From contig CAYTKF010000002.1 in assembly GCA_964438405.1 (NCBI GenBank), positions 12,404 to 76,403 of the forward strand: a stretch of DNA of 64,000 nt, in the 5' to 3' direction. Shown in pieces: positions 47,974 to 58,533 of the stretch. This DNA is from an uncultured Candidatus Saccharibacteria bacterium (lineage in GTDB: Bacteria; Patescibacteriota; Minisyncoccia; UBA9983). The position numbers and the translations under genes were made by a program. The number at the start of each line of letters is the position of its first letter. Position 1 is the stretch's first letter. The notes below the pieces were generated by a model. It worked only from the letters and a program-made list of their open reading frames with translations, searched no databases and was not told where the DNA came from.

Positions 47974-49374
47974 TTAAAAATTCTCCAGCGAATTTAGTTT
48001 TGCCCTGGTTTTCGGACCCACTGTTCCGTAGCCAGCCTCGCCCTGTTTGGCAATGTTATATTTTTCTTGGAAACGCTTTATTGCGCGCTCTGTTGCCAAA
48101 CCAAAATATCCCGTTATCAGTCCCTCCGGATAAAGAGTTTGGTTTTGCGCCAGAAATTTTTGCAAGCCTGTTACATGGTTTCCTCTTGAACCTTTTTTAA
48201 GAGATTGTGTAAAGACAATAGTTTTTATTATTTTTTGCGGCGCCTCGCCCGTTTGTACTGACGGAGGCGTTGCAGCTGGTGGCGAGGCGCTATTCTGTCC
48301 GGCCGGAATAACAGTGATATCTAATTTTTTGCTTTTGGTCCCGTCGTATGTTCCGTCTGCATTTTGCGGCAAAAGATACAGAGAAAGATATTGATAAGAA
48401 TTAAAATTGTTTAAAAAATAAAGAGTGATGGTGGAAATTGTTGGAAGACTCCGGCTGAAAGCAGGAGTATTGCAGGGGAGTTTGCTGCTGGTTGTCGTAC
48501 CCACGCTGACTGAATTACTGCAGGTAATCTGAAAATTTACGCCTGAAGCCTTGGGAGCGCTCCATGAAAAAACAAGAGAATTACCCGACGATATCTGCGT
48601 ATTGGAAACATTAAAAGAATCAATCAGTATGCTCGGTTGAACAGGTTTTCCCGCAATATCAAGGGAAAGAGAAAGGGCGTGAGTGGCATCGTACAATCCC
48701 GTTGCAATCATGGGCAATATTGTTGCTCTTAATGAAGTTGCGAATAAAGATGAATTGGTAAAAGTAAAAGAAGATGAACCAGACATCCCCAGGCTGGAAC
48801 TAAAGACTGGTGTATTGCAAGGCAGGGATGTCTGTGTTGAATCTCCAGAAACAAAAACCTGTACCCCTGCAATGCAATCAAACTGAAGATTCGTGCCGCT
48901 GACATCATGTCCGACCCAGGAAAGGGTGACGGTAGTAGTTGCAACCACGGTTGTGGCTGAAGAATAAAAATCTGTTATGGGATGGGGAGTTGTATTGGCT
49001 GTAATATAAACACTTTTGGCACCCGCGTCATAATCTGCGCCATTTAAATCTTTAGGATAAACAGTGGCATTTATAACAACGGTTCCCCCGCTGACATTAA
49101 TAATATTGAAGCCAATAGAATCGGAAATGCCGGAACTGGCAGGAATTCTTTGGTTGCAGGGAAAAGTTGTTCCGTCTGTTTTAATAATTTTCACTCCCAG
49201 CGGACAATTAAAATACAAATTATTCCCGCTACTTCCCTCCATGGTCCAGGAAAGAATTGTCGTGTAGCCGGAATTTATCGCTGAAGGACTGGCAGTAAAA
49301 GAAGTAATTGTTGGACTAACATCGGCAAAAGAAGGTATGGGTAATAAAAATAATAAAAGAAATATAAGAGGCAT
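47974..49374 (-). CDS. Secreted Ig-like repeat protein with C-terminal peptidoglycan-binding domain
   Basis: LKKGSRG..V..LQKFL, TGYFG.AT..AI.RFQ, VGPKTR. Confidence 0.82.
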   Translation of the reverse strand: MPLIFLLLFLLPIPSFADVSPTITSFTASPSAINSGYTTILSWTMEGSSGNNLYFNCPLGVKIIKTDGTTFPCNQRIPASSGISDSIGFNIINVSGGTVVINATVYPKDLNGADYDAGAKSVYITANTTPHPITDFYSSATTVVATTTVTLSWVGHDVSGTNLQFDCIAGVQVFVSGDSTQTSLPCNTPVFSSSLGMSGSSSFTFTNSSLFATSLRATILPMIATGLYDATHALSLSLDIAGKPVQPSILIDSFNVSNTQISSGNSLVFSWSAPKASGVNFQITCSNSVSVGTTTSSKLPCNTPAFSRSLPTISTITLYFLNNFNSYQYLSLYLLPQNADGTYDGTKSKKLDITVIPAGQNSASPPAATPPSVQTGEAPQKIIKTIVFTQSLKKGSRGNHVTGLQKFLAQNQTLYPEGLITGYFGLATERAIKRFQEKYNIAKQGEAGYGTVGPKTRAKLNSLENF

Positions 49375-49428
49375 TATCTTTATTATATACTTTATCTCTC
49401 AACTGTGATAGAATAGTAGAATAGAAAT

Positions 49429-49824
49429 ATGGAAAAGGTAAAAAGCGACTTGGATGAAAAATTCCAAAGGGTTTTAAAAACGCCCGCGAGTTTTGATTTT
49501 TTTGTGGCAATCCACGATTTTGTTGAGCATATAGAACTGAATTCATCTCTTTCTGACACTCTTTCTCAGCGCACAAAACCCAATAGGGAGCTTGGCATTC
49601 CCAACAAATACAGCCACTTGAAAGAAATTTATCAGGGGCTGGAAGATGCAGGCGCCAAACCAGGCGTTGATCTGGGACATGTCAGATACATGGTCATCCA
49701 GGATTTAAATAAAATCCGGAACAAAAATTTTTCCGACAGCAATTCTTTCTGGAAAAAACGCGAATTATTCAGAAAATTAACAGGTGAGATATACGAAAGA
49801 CTAAATCCCGCTCCGGTGCTATAA
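49429..49824 (+). CDS. Hypothetical protein
   Basis: Clean ORF. Confidence 0.65.
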   Translation: MEKVKSDLDEKFQRVLKTPASFDFFVAIHDFVEHIELNSSLSDTLSQRTKPNRELGIPNKYSHLKEIYQGLEDAGAKPGVDLGHVRYMVIQDLNKIRNKNFSDSNSFWKKRELFRKLTGEIYERLNPAPVL

Positions 49825-49852
49825 TTTAAATAGACCTTGAAAGGAGGTTTCT

Positions 49853-50212
49853 ATGTTCTTTCGCAAGCGTAAAGAGCGCCTTGTCATGCTGGCTTTTGTG
49901 GAAAACGAACTTGGAGACTTACTCCAACCGTTTCCAAGGGTTCGCATAGAGGTGCGACACGAAAAAAAACAGAGTACATTCTTGATTCACCAAAAGCGCG
50001 GAGAGGGCGAGGAGGATTTGTATTCTTTTGCCTGGATGAAAATTATCTGGGCCAATCCCAAAAAAGAAGAAAGAGTTATTTTTTCAACGCGGAAGATACA
50101 TCCTGATGTCCGCTTCTGCTCCATTGCTGAAGTTTACGACACAATACGCGAAATTGTACATTTTTTAGAAAAATACAACACCTTGGGGGAGCGAATCATT
50201 TTGCTCCCCTAA
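49853..50212 (+). CDS. Hypothetical ORFan
   Basis: AAAGGAGG SD. Confidence 0.6.
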   Translation: MFFRKRKERLVMLAFVENELGDLLQPFPRVRIEVRHEKKQSTFLIHQKRGEGEEDLYSFAWMKIIWANPKKEERVIFSTRKIHPDVRFCSIAEVYDTIREIVHFLEKYNTLGERIILLP

Positions 50213-50223
50213 GTTTTTATTTT

Positions 50224-50613
50224 ATGTTGAATTTTAAACGGGAAGAATTTGAAAAATTTGTTGAGGAAGGAATAAAAGCCATTCCGGAAAAATTTTTGCA
50301 CAAGCTGAATAATGTGGCAGTTGTTGTTGAGGATGAGCCGACTAAAGAACAGAAAAATAAACTGGGTCTGGCTAGCGGCACAACGCTTCTCGGCCTGTAT
50401 GAAGGCGTGCCCCAGCTAAAACGGGGAACAAATTACAGCGCGGTTCTGCCTGACAAAATAACCATTTTTCAAAAACCCATTGAGGCAGTGGCCCGCGGTG
50501 AAAAAGATATTAAAGAAATTGTTAAAAATACCGTCTGGCACGAAATCGCCCATCATTTTGGAATGGATGAGGCGCGGGTGTGCAAAGCAGAAGCCAAAAG
50601 ACGCAAAAAATGA
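50224..50613 (+). CDS. Zincin-like metallopeptidase (DUF1025 type)
   Basis: LLGLYEGVP, PDKITIFQ.PI, HEIAHHFG. Confidence 0.9.
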   Translation: MLNFKREEFEKFVEEGIKAIPEKFLHKLNNVAVVVEDEPTKEQKNKLGLASGTTLLGLYEGVPQLKRGTNYSAVLPDKITIFQKPIEAVARGEKDIKEIVKNTVWHEIAHHFGMDEARVCKAEAKRRKK

Positions 50614-51623
50614 TAAAATACAGTCCGGTTATGCTCAAAAAAATTTTTATTTTAATAATTGTTTTTTTGCCCCTGCCGCTTTTTGCAGCCACCCGGGTTT
50701 TTTATTTTCGGGACAGCACTCTGGCGCGTGAATCGCTTTTTAATTACCCCAGTTATATTGACGTGCTTGCTCCGCAGGCCTATGCGGTTGACGAGAATGG
50801 AAGCATTTCCGGAAGCATTGACGCAAAAATTCTCGCGTTTACAAAAAAGAAAAAAATAAAAGTGATGCCCCTTCTTACAAACGGTAAATTCACCCAGAAA
50901 TCTTATCAGGCTATTTTGGATAACGGCTCTCTGCAGGATTCTGTCATTGCCACTCTCATTGCAAAAGCCAAACAAAATAATTTTTACGGCTGGCAGATTG
51001 ATTTTGAACAGATGGACGTATCATACAGAGATAAATTTTCCAATTTTATTGCCAAGATGCATACAGAATTCAAGAAAAATAATTTAATTTTGAGCGTTGC
51101 GGTTATTGCGCAAGTTTCAGAGAGGCCGGAAGACTACAAGGACAGTCTTTGGCAAGATTTAATCGGCGTTTATGATTACAAAGTTTTAGCTGAAAATACG
51201 AATTTCGTGAGCGTCATGTCTTACGACGACCCGGAATCAAGAGGTCCGGTTGTGGAAATGTCCTGGCTCAAGCGTGTTTTGGAACATAGCCTGAAATTTA
51301 TTCCGGCTGAAAAACTTTCAATGGGCATCGCACTTTATTACTGGAAATGGGATGATAAAACAGGCAAGCGGGTTGAGTCAGGCGGACGAAAGGGCATTAA
51401 CAATGTTTTGACAAAATATAAATACGTTTATCATTACAGTACAAAACATGACGTTCCCTATCTCACTTACAAAGTAAAAGGCAGGCCGTACACGCTATGG
51501 TATGAGAACGCGCGGAGCATTAAGAAAAAAATAGATTTAATCAAAAAATACAAATTGCACGGTTTTTCCGCCTGGGCTCTTGGTCTGGAACTGACAAATA
51601 TCTATCCGTCAATTAGACAATAA
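50610..51623 (+). CDS. Glycoside hydrolase family 18
   Basis: GWQIDFE, MSYD, WYENARS, AWALG. Confidence 0.85.
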   Translation: MIKYSPVMLKKIFILIIVFLPLPLFAATRVFYFRDSTLARESLFNYPSYIDVLAPQAYAVDENGSISGSIDAKILAFTKKKKIKVMPLLTNGKFTQKSYQAILDNGSLQDSVIATLIAKAKQNNFYGWQIDFEQMDVSYRDKFSNFIAKMHTEFKKNNLILSVAVIAQVSERPEDYKDSLWQDLIGVYDYKVLAENTNFVSVMSYDDPESRGPVVEMSWLKRVLEHSLKFIPAEKLSMGIALYYWKWDDKTGKRVESGGRKGINNVLTKYKYVYHYSTKHDVPYLTYKVKGRPYTLWYENARSIKKKIDLIKKYKLHGFSAWALGLELTNIYPSIRQ

Positions 51624-51663
51624 AACTTAAATATAGATATTATTAATTATTAAATAAAATTAT

Positions 51664-52062
51664 ATGAAGGGATATGTTGCGAACATAGAAAAAGATACGC
51701 TTGCGAATGAAAATTTTCGCAAGGTGCTTTATACAAGCAAGCATAGCCAGCTGGTGCTGATGAGCTTGAAGCCCAAAGAAGAAATTGGCATGGAAGTGCA
51801 TCCTGACAATGACCAGTTTTTCAGGATTGAAAAGGGGACGGGAAAGTGCATTATTGACGGCAATGAATACGAGATTAAAGACGGGACAGCCGTGGTTGTG
51901 CCGGCTGGCGCAGAGCATAATGTCATTAATATTTCAGAAACAGAAGATTTGAAACTTTATACAATTTATTCCCCGGCGCACCATAAAGACGGAATCGTGC
52001 GTATAACAAAAGCAGAGGCCGTTGCCAATGAAGCAGAGTTTGACGGCATGACAACGGAATAA
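51664..52062 (+). CDS. Cupin domain protein
   Basis: EEIGMEVH..DQFFRIE.G, VPAGAEHNVIN. Confidence 0.92.
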   Translation: MKGYVANIEKDTLANENFRKVLYTSKHSQLVLMSLKPKEEIGMEVHPDNDQFFRIEKGTGKCIIDGNEYEIKDGTAVVVPAGAEHNVINISETEDLKLYTIYSPAHHKDGIVRITKAEAVANEAEFDGMTTE

Positions 52063-52258
52063 AATGAGAAGTTCTAAAATTTTATTATGGGCAGGCCGAT
52101 TTATTTGTATTTCAACGGCCTTAAAAAAGAGGGGATAAATTTATTAATTTTGACGGCACTATTTCTCTTTTTGTTTACTCTGATTGTTTTTACCTCACTT
52201 TTGTTATAATAGATTTCTCCGTCTTTTTAAATTCAAAAAAATCAGCTATAATTTATTT

Positions 52259-52903
52259 ATGTTTAAATCCATCAATAAAGTAATAATGAATTTGATTTTG
52301 TCAGACGTGGCTTTGCTTACCGGTTTGGGTCTTGGCGCGCCGATTTTCGCGCTTTTTTTAACTGACCATATTCAGGGCGCCAATATTGAGACAGCCGGCT
52401 TTGCCGCCGCTGCTTATTGGATTATTCATTCTTTGGCAATGATTCCCATTGGCAAATATTTGGATAAAAATCATGGGGAAAAAGACGATTTATGGGCTAT
52501 TGTTTTGGGAAATATTTTAGCTGCTATTGCTGTTTGGGGTTATATATTTTCTGAATATCCGTGGCATATTTATATTTTGCAGGGACTTTATGGATTGGGT
52601 ATGGCAATGAACATGGCTGGTTATACTGCCATTTTTACCCGGCACATAGACAAAGGAGGAGAGGCATACGAATGGAGCGTGAGAGGCGCGTGGGTGGGGA
52701 TTGGCACAGCAGTCTCCGGCGGTTTGGGCGGATGGTTTGCGTACCACTTCGGCTTTACCGCGCTTTTTACAGTGGTGATACTTTTTGTTTTATTCTCCGC
52801 GCTTCTGCCGTTTTTTATATTTAAAGAAATGAGCCCGCGGGACAAAAAAGAGCCAATTTTCCCAGAAATAAAAATCATGCAACCCCCGTCGCCAAAAGAA
52901 TAA
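52259..52903 (+). CDS. MFS-type membrane protein (half-size)
   Basis: PIFALF, GKYLDK, six TM segments. Confidence 0.78.
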   Translation: MFKSINKVIMNLILSDVALLTGLGLGAPIFALFLTDHIQGANIETAGFAAAAYWIIHSLAMIPIGKYLDKNHGEKDDLWAIVLGNILAAIAVWGYIFSEYPWHIYILQGLYGLGMAMNMAGYTAIFTRHIDKGGEAYEWSVRGAWVGIGTAVSGGLGGWFAYHFGFTALFTVVILFVLFSALLPFFIFKEMSPRDKKEPIFPEIKIMQPPSPKE

Positions 52904-52950
52904 AATGAGCAAATGAGCAAACGATAACGGTTGTCGTTTGAAAAATAGTT

Positions 52951-53586
52951 ATGAAAATTACAAAATTTGGACATTGCTGTTTGTTAATTGAAGAAAACAG
53001 AATCAGAATTTTAACCGACCCTGGCGTTTATTCAACACAACAAAATAATATAAAAAATATTGATGTTGTGCTTATAACCCACGAGCATTATGACCATCTG
53101 CATATTGATTCTTTAAAAATTGTTCTTGGAAATAACCCACAGGCCAAAATTATTACAAATAAAAGCGTGGGCGCACTTTTAGAAAAAGAGAATATTTCTT
53201 TTGAAATTATTGAAGACGGCCAAAACTATAACGCAAAAGGAATTTTAATTGAGGGTTTTGGCAAATATCATGCCTTAATGTATACATCTATTCTGTCGAT
53301 TCAAAATACAGGATACTTTATTGCCAATCGTCTTTTTTATCCCGGAGATGCTTTTACAAATCCCAATAAACAAGTTGAAATTTTGGCTTTGCCAATTGCC
53401 GGACCGTGGATGAAATTAGCAGAGGCAATTGATTATGCGCTTGAAATTAAACCCAAAATTTGTTTTCCAGTACATGAAAGTATATTGAAATCGCCCGGTT
53501 CAACGCACCGAATACCGTCGCAAGTTTTAGAACCCCATGGTATAAAATTTATGGTTTTGGAAATAGACAAAGAAACGGAAATATAA
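52951..53586 (+). CDS. MBL-fold metallo-hydrolase
   Basis: GHCC, THEHYDH, PGD, PVH. Confidence 0.88.
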   Translation: MKITKFGHCCLLIEENRIRILTDPGVYSTQQNNIKNIDVVLITHEHYDHLHIDSLKIVLGNNPQAKIITNKSVGALLEKENISFEIIEDGQNYNAKGILIEGFGKYHALMYTSILSIQNTGYFIANRLFYPGDAFTNPNKQVEILALPIAGPWMKLAEAIDYALEIKPKICFPVHESILKSPGSTHRIPSQVLEPHGIKFMVLEIDKETEI

Positions 53587-53587
53587 T

Positions 53588-54316
53588 ATGAATGTGGCGG
53601 CGGAAAAACATTATTTGCATTTTTTGCAGGAAATAAAAAGGAATGCGGGAAAGGAAACAAGGGAGCAAAAAGAGTGGCTAAAAAAATACATGGGCACAAA
53701 GAAGATTTATTATTCTGTAAAATCAGGAACAAAAAATCAGCTCATCAAAAATTGGATTAAAAATAATAAAGATATTTCTCCTGCAGAATACGAAGGTTTA
53801 TTAAATCTTCTTTATAAAGGAAAATCTCATGAAGAATTTAGTTTTGCGGGCAGATTGTTAGAATATTTGTCTAAACTTAGAGAACAAATTAATATCAATT
53901 GTTTGGACAAATGGCTTGATAATGCAGAGGGGTGGGGAGAAGTTGATTCAATATGCCAATCAAATTTTTCATCAAAGGAATTACTGACAAATTGGGAGAA
54001 TTGGAGAAAAATGATATTAAGGTTTTCTAAAGATAGCAATATCCATAAAAGAAGAGCGAGTTTGGTTTTGTTGACCAAACCAGTAAGAGAATCGGCAGAT
54101 AAAAGATTATCAGACCTTGCTTTTGCCGTTATAAACAAACTTAAAAAAGAAAAAGATATTTTAATTACAAAAGCGATTTCCTGGCTGTTAAGAGATTTGA
54201 TAAAAAATAATCGGATATTGGTTAAAAATTATTTAGAAAATAATAACGATCTTCCTCGGATAGCAATAAGGGAAACCAAAAACAAACTGTTAACGGGAAA
54301 AAAATCGATTGGTTGA
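53588..54316 (+). CDS. DNA alkylation repair protein (AlkD-like)
   Basis: WGEVD, KRRASLV, ITKAISWLLR. Confidence 0.85.
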   Translation: MNVAAEKHYLHFLQEIKRNAGKETREQKEWLKKYMGTKKIYYSVKSGTKNQLIKNWIKNNKDISPAEYEGLLNLLYKGKSHEEFSFAGRLLEYLSKLREQININCLDKWLDNAEGWGEVDSICQSNFSSKELLTNWENWRKMILRFSKDSNIHKRRASLVLLTKPVRESADKRLSDLAFAVINKLKKEKDILITKAISWLLRDLIKNNRILVKNYLENNNDLPRIAIRETKNKLLTGKKSIG

Positions 54317-54341
54317 AAAAAGAAATAAGATTATAATTTTT

Positions 54342-54578
54342 TTATTTTTCCAATTCTGCAATTTGCTGTTTTTTGACCTCTATGAGTTCTTTGATTCTTT
54401 GAATTTGGGTATTATCGGCCGCTCTTGCTTCGCCCGAAGCGCCGCTTCGCATTCCCATGCCCATTTCTACACTAGAAAGCCATTGCTCAAGATCAGCTAA
54501 CCCCTTAAGCAGTTTAGCCTTTTCTTCCTCTTTTGTTTTTTCTTGGCTTTTATAGCCAAAAACTTCTAAAAAATTCAT
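54342..54578 (-). CDS. Hypothetical coiled-coil protein
   Basis: Clean ORF. Confidence 0.5.
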   Translation of the reverse strand: MNFLEVFGYKSQEKTKEEEKAKLLKGLADLEQWLSSVEMGMGMRSGASGEARAADNTQIQRIKELIEVKKQQIAELEK

Positions 54579-54615
54579 ATATTTTATTATATCATAATTC
54601 TGATACAATTTAAAT

Positions 54616-56319
54616 ATGGAGAACCAAGAGCTCGCGAAGATTTTTTATGAGATGGCGGTTTATTTGGAGATGATGGATGAGGTGGTTTTTAAGTTTAAGG
54701 CGTATGAGAAAGCTGGCCAGAGCATAGAGGGTTTGGCAGAAAGCGTTGAAGAAATTTATAAAAGAGGCGGCATCAAGGCACTAATGGAAATTCCGGGCAT
54801 CGGCAAGAATATCGCTGAAAAAATCAGCGAATATTTGCGAACCGGAAAAATCCGCGAATATCTGCAATTAAAGAAGAAAATTCCAGTTGATTTAGGTGGG
54901 CTGATGAAAATTGAAGGTGTCGGACCGAAGAAAATAAAAGTTTTATATAAAAAATTAAAAATAAGGAACGCCAAAGAATTGGAGATAGCTGCTAAGAAGG
55001 GAAAAATAAGCAAATTAAAAAACTTCGGCGAGAAGAGCGAAAAAAATATTCTGGAAAGCATCGAATTTCTTAAAAGAAGCAAGGGAAGGTTTTTAATCAG
55101 TGAAATTCTGCCTGTTGTGCGCGAAATTGTTGCCAAATTAAAGTCCTTAAAAGAAGTTAAACAAATAAGCCTGGCCGGCTCTCTGCGCAGAATGAAAGAA
55201 ACAATAGGGGACGCGGATATTCTTGCTGTTGCCAATAAATCTGATAAAGTTATGGATTATTTTGTTTCTCTGCCAGGAGTTGTAAAAATATGGGGAAAGG
55301 GCGCGACAAAATCTTCTGTAAGAATGAAACACGGGTTTGATGTAGATTTGCGCGTTGTGCCGGAAAAAAGTTTTGGTTCTGCCTTGCAATATTTTACCGG
55401 TTCCAAAGAACACAATATTGCCACGCGCAAAATTGCCATAGAAAAAGGATTTAAGCTGAACGAATACGGAATCAAAACAGAAAAAGAAGTTTACGCTAGG
55501 CTTGGTCTGCCATATATAGAGCCGGAATTAAGAGAAAATACAGGAGAGATAAAAGTGGCCTTAAAAAATAAATTGCCCAAGCTGGTTGAATTAAAAGATA
55601 TCCATGGCGATTTACAAATACATTCAACTTGGTCTGATGGCGTAAATTCTATTAAAGAAATGGCGGAAACGGCACAAAAAATTGGTTATGAATATATTGC
55701 CATTACTGATCACGTTGGCAGATTAAAAATTGCCGGAGCAATGGCTGAGAGCCAAATCAAAAGACAATGGCAAGAAATTGATAAACTTAACAAGTCGTTT
55801 GGCAATCCGCCGGCTGGCGGATTTAAAATATTAAAGGGCGCTGAAGTTGACATTAATCCGGACGGCACAATAGCCTGCGATGATAAAATTTTATCACAGT
55901 TCGATGTTGTCCTTGGTTCTCTGCATTCAAGTTTTAAAATTCCAAAAGAAAAAATGACAAAGAGATTGGTCCGCGCCATGGAAAATCCGTATGTTGATAT
56001 TATCGCGCATCCCACAACCAGATTAATTGCTAGGCGCGACGAAGTGGTGCTTGATTGGGAAGAAATTTTTAAGATAGCAAAACGCACGGGCACGATTTTG
56101 GAAATTAATGCTTATCCGGCCCGTCTTGATTTAAAAGATGTTTATATAAAACAGGCAATAGAAGCGGGAGTAATACTTTCTTTGGGCACTGATTCGCATG
56201 AAAAATCGCAATTGCATTTTATGGAATACGGCGTTTCTCAGGCGCGCCGTGGTTGGGCAGAAAAGAAAAATATTGTAAATTGCTGGCCATTAGATAAACT
56301 TTTGAATTTTTTGAAATAA
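54616..56319 (+). CDS. polX: DNA polymerase X/PHP 3'-5' exonuclease
   Basis: AGSLRR.KETIGDAD, YFTGSKEHN, HSTWSDG, AITDH, GTDSH. Confidence 0.95.
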   Translation: MENQELAKIFYEMAVYLEMMDEVVFKFKAYEKAGQSIEGLAESVEEIYKRGGIKALMEIPGIGKNIAEKISEYLRTGKIREYLQLKKKIPVDLGGLMKIEGVGPKKIKVLYKKLKIRNAKELEIAAKKGKISKLKNFGEKSEKNILESIEFLKRSKGRFLISEILPVVREIVAKLKSLKEVKQISLAGSLRRMKETIGDADILAVANKSDKVMDYFVSLPGVVKIWGKGATKSSVRMKHGFDVDLRVVPEKSFGSALQYFTGSKEHNIATRKIAIEKGFKLNEYGIKTEKEVYARLGLPYIEPELRENTGEIKVALKNKLPKLVELKDIHGDLQIHSTWSDGVNSIKEMAETAQKIGYEYIAITDHVGRLKIAGAMAESQIKRQWQEIDKLNKSFGNPPAGGFKILKGAEVDINPDGTIACDDKILSQFDVVLGSLHSSFKIPKEKMTKRLVRAMENPYVDIIAHPTTRLIARRDEVVLDWEEIFKIAKRTGTILEINAYPARLDLKDVYIKQAIEAGVILSLGTDSHEKSQLHFMEYGVSQARRGWAEKKNIVNCWPLDKLLNFLK

Positions 56320-56324
56320 AAAAT

Positions 56325-56375
56325 GCCCGGCAGATAGGCGATACCCACTCGATAGGATCGCCTTTTCTGCCGGGC
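56325..56375. terminator. Long hairpin, terminator-like
   Basis: GCCCGGCAGA-AGGCGAT...ATCGCCT-TCTGCCGGGC with an A-run on the left. Confidence 0.65.
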
Positions 56376-56504
56376 CGCGTCAGCAGCCGCTCGGACAGTG
56401 GGCTACTCGACGCAAAAAGAACCTTCGTCGCAACATTGCACCCCTTTATTGGTCTATTTAAATGATATACAATTAATTTTACAATGTCAAGCTCGCCATT
56501 TATT

Positions 56505-56668
56505 TATAGGTTTCTTTCAAAAAAAACTTCAATTCCTTTTTGATATTCGCCGCCAAACTGGCCATGAATGCACAATAAGAGTCGGAATGTGAAGCTTGCT
56601 GGCGCTTTCGGCAGGCGAAACCCTTTTCATACGGGGTTCATACCTGATTGTTCTAATAAATCCAAAGA
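56505..56668 (-). pseudogene. Frameshifted C-terminal relic of an alpha/beta hydrolase
   Basis: SPAESASKLHIPTLIVHS, then frame change, HGQFGGEYQKGIEVFFERNL*. Confidence 0.45.
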
Positions 56669-57682
56669 TCATAGATACTTTGATAATATAAGGTACAAAA
56701 ATTTATAAAAATCGCCGGCAGTCGGCAAATAGAGACGGCGTATATTTTGCCAAGTCAAAGGTTTGTAGTCACCGTGTTCAAAGATGGTGGTGAGCGCGAA
56801 TTGCGTCGGCACGCGGCCACTGAGGGCGTCGCGGAGGCGCATTGATTCAGTATAGGGGATGTAGCGGTCGTCTGTGGAGTGAAGAATAAAGAATTCCGCG
56901 GCGCTGCGTTCAATGTACTGAGAGGGCGAAAGGACGCGGCGCAGCTCAGCGAATTCCGTGCTTTCTAGAAAGTTTTCCTCTGTCAGGCCGTGATAGGCCA
57001 GTGTGTTCTTAAGGATATCGCGCGCGTAGTCGGCCGGCTCCAGATTACCCTCGATAGTTCCATAGGAAAAATTCCCGGTCGCTAAAAACTGTGCGGCGTT
57101 TTGCAGGTCATAATAGCCGCCAAAGCTCACCACGAAGGAGACATCGTCCCTTATCCTTGGATCAGCGGCGGCGGCGATCGTGGGTCCGTTGCCGTAGCTT
57201 AAGCCCATGAGGCCAAGTTTTTCAATCTTCAACTCGGGATGATTTTTGAGAAAGAGCGCGGTGGAGACCACATCACCTATATCCTTGGGTGTGATAATTT
57301 GCTGGTCTTCAAACCGCCAAGGAATGACGGCGACAAAACCGCTCCGGACAAATGTGTCGGCCAGATTGATAAGCCGCGGATCCTGCGGGCCAGGACCGAT
57401 GAGCGGCGTGTAGATGATTAGGGCGCTGCGCGGTTTTTTGGCAGCCGGCCGGTACATATACAGGGTCAGGGTGCGGCCGTCCACGCTTTGAATCTCCTGT
57501 TTTTCCTGGAGCGGCGTTTCAGTGAGCCACTGTAGCGGCCGCCAATCACCCTGCGGAATGAGTACATTGACAGCCACCGCGATAGTTTTCAGACCAACCC
57601 TGATCAATGGAATCAGTAGTATCGCCAAGAGAATGATGAGGGCGATAGCCAGCGCTATTTTTAGGCTTCGAGAAAGTTTCAT
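56669..57682 (-). CDS. Alpha/beta hydrolase, GC-rich
   Basis: GLSYG nucleophile elbow, HSTDD..IP, FEH. Confidence 0.82.
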   Translation of the reverse strand: MKLSRSLKIALAIALIILLAILLIPLIRVGLKTIAVAVNVLIPQGDWRPLQWLTETPLQEKQEIQSVDGRTLTLYMYRPAAKKPRSALIIYTPLIGPGPQDPRLINLADTFVRSGFVAVIPWRFEDQQIITPKDIGDVVSTALFLKNHPELKIEKLGLMGLSYGNGPTIAAAADPRIRDDVSFVVSFGGYYDLQNAAQFLATGNFSYGTIEGNLEPADYARDILKNTLAYHGLTEENFLESTEFAELRRVLSPSQYIERSAAEFFILHSTDDRYIPYTESMRLRDALSGRVPTQFALTTIFEHGDYKPLTWQNIRRLYLPTAGDFYKFLYLILSKYL

Positions 57683-57776
57683 AGTTATAATTGCCTCTTT
57701 AGTATATACTAAAGAGTGAATGTTTGGTATAATTAAATAAGAAAAAAGAAGCTCTTTTTACCAAGGAGGCGATAAG

Positions 57777-58259
57777 ATGCAAAGCAAGAGTTTGGAAGAA
57801 AAATTATCTGCCTATTTTTGCGGCATAAGGGCAGATAGAGAGAATTCAGAAGTTGTCTTTGTTCTGCCCAAAGCAATTCGGCGATATCAGAATGTACCAA
57901 ATCACCCCCGGATTTTAGTCTTGGAAATCCGGATAAGAGAAGCAGATATCAATACCTTGTTCGCCTTTGCAATTGCGGAGAACGAATTTGTTCTGGATAA
58001 GGATAGTATAGCCGTAGCCAAAGATGAGAACAACAAGGTTTTGTGGCACGGCTATGGCCAACCTCTTTGTCTGCTTCACAGAGAGAGAGAGGAGGATTCT
58101 ATTTACGGCCAGAGAGCCATTTGTATATCTTCGGTCTCTTGCCGGATTACACCCGGTACGAAATTTATAAGGCCGAGGTGGAAATGGTTGGCGAAGGCGG
58201 CAGGCTTCTCTGGCAGAAAATTTGCGAAGGTCAATGTTTTTGCCAGGACAGGACAATGA
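57777..58259 (+). CDS. Hypothetical ORFan
   Basis: AAGGAGG SD, TATAAT upstream. Confidence 0.55.
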   Translation: MQSKSLEEKLSAYFCGIRADRENSEVVFVLPKAIRRYQNVPNHPRILVLEIRIREADINTLFAFAIAENEFVLDKDSIAVAKDENNKVLWHGYGQPLCLLHREREEDSIYGQRAICISSVSCRITPGTKFIRPRWKWLAKAAGFSGRKFAKVNVFARTGQ

Positions 58260-58461
58260 CGGCAGAGCAGAAAAGCTACGAGGAGTGGCCACCCCTAGCA
58301 AAGTTGTTTGAGAACCCGTCTTTTCAAGACAAATTCAGGCCGTACATTTTGGGAGGACAAATTCCTCCTTGCAGTTGTTATGAACGGAAAATCTAAATCA
58401 AAATTGGTTTTCCGTTTTTCTCTTTCTATTTTTGAGATATAATTGAATTTATAGTGTCAAA

Positions 58462-58532
58462 CGGAGTGTAGTATAGCGGCAGTATTTACCCTTGGGGTGG
58501 GTAAGGCCCGAGTTCGACTCTCGGCACTCCGA
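58462..58532 (+). tRNA. tRNA-Pro(GGG)
   Basis: Anticodon stem TACCC/GGGTA, loop TTGGGGT. Confidence 0.92.
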
Positions 58533-58533
58533 T

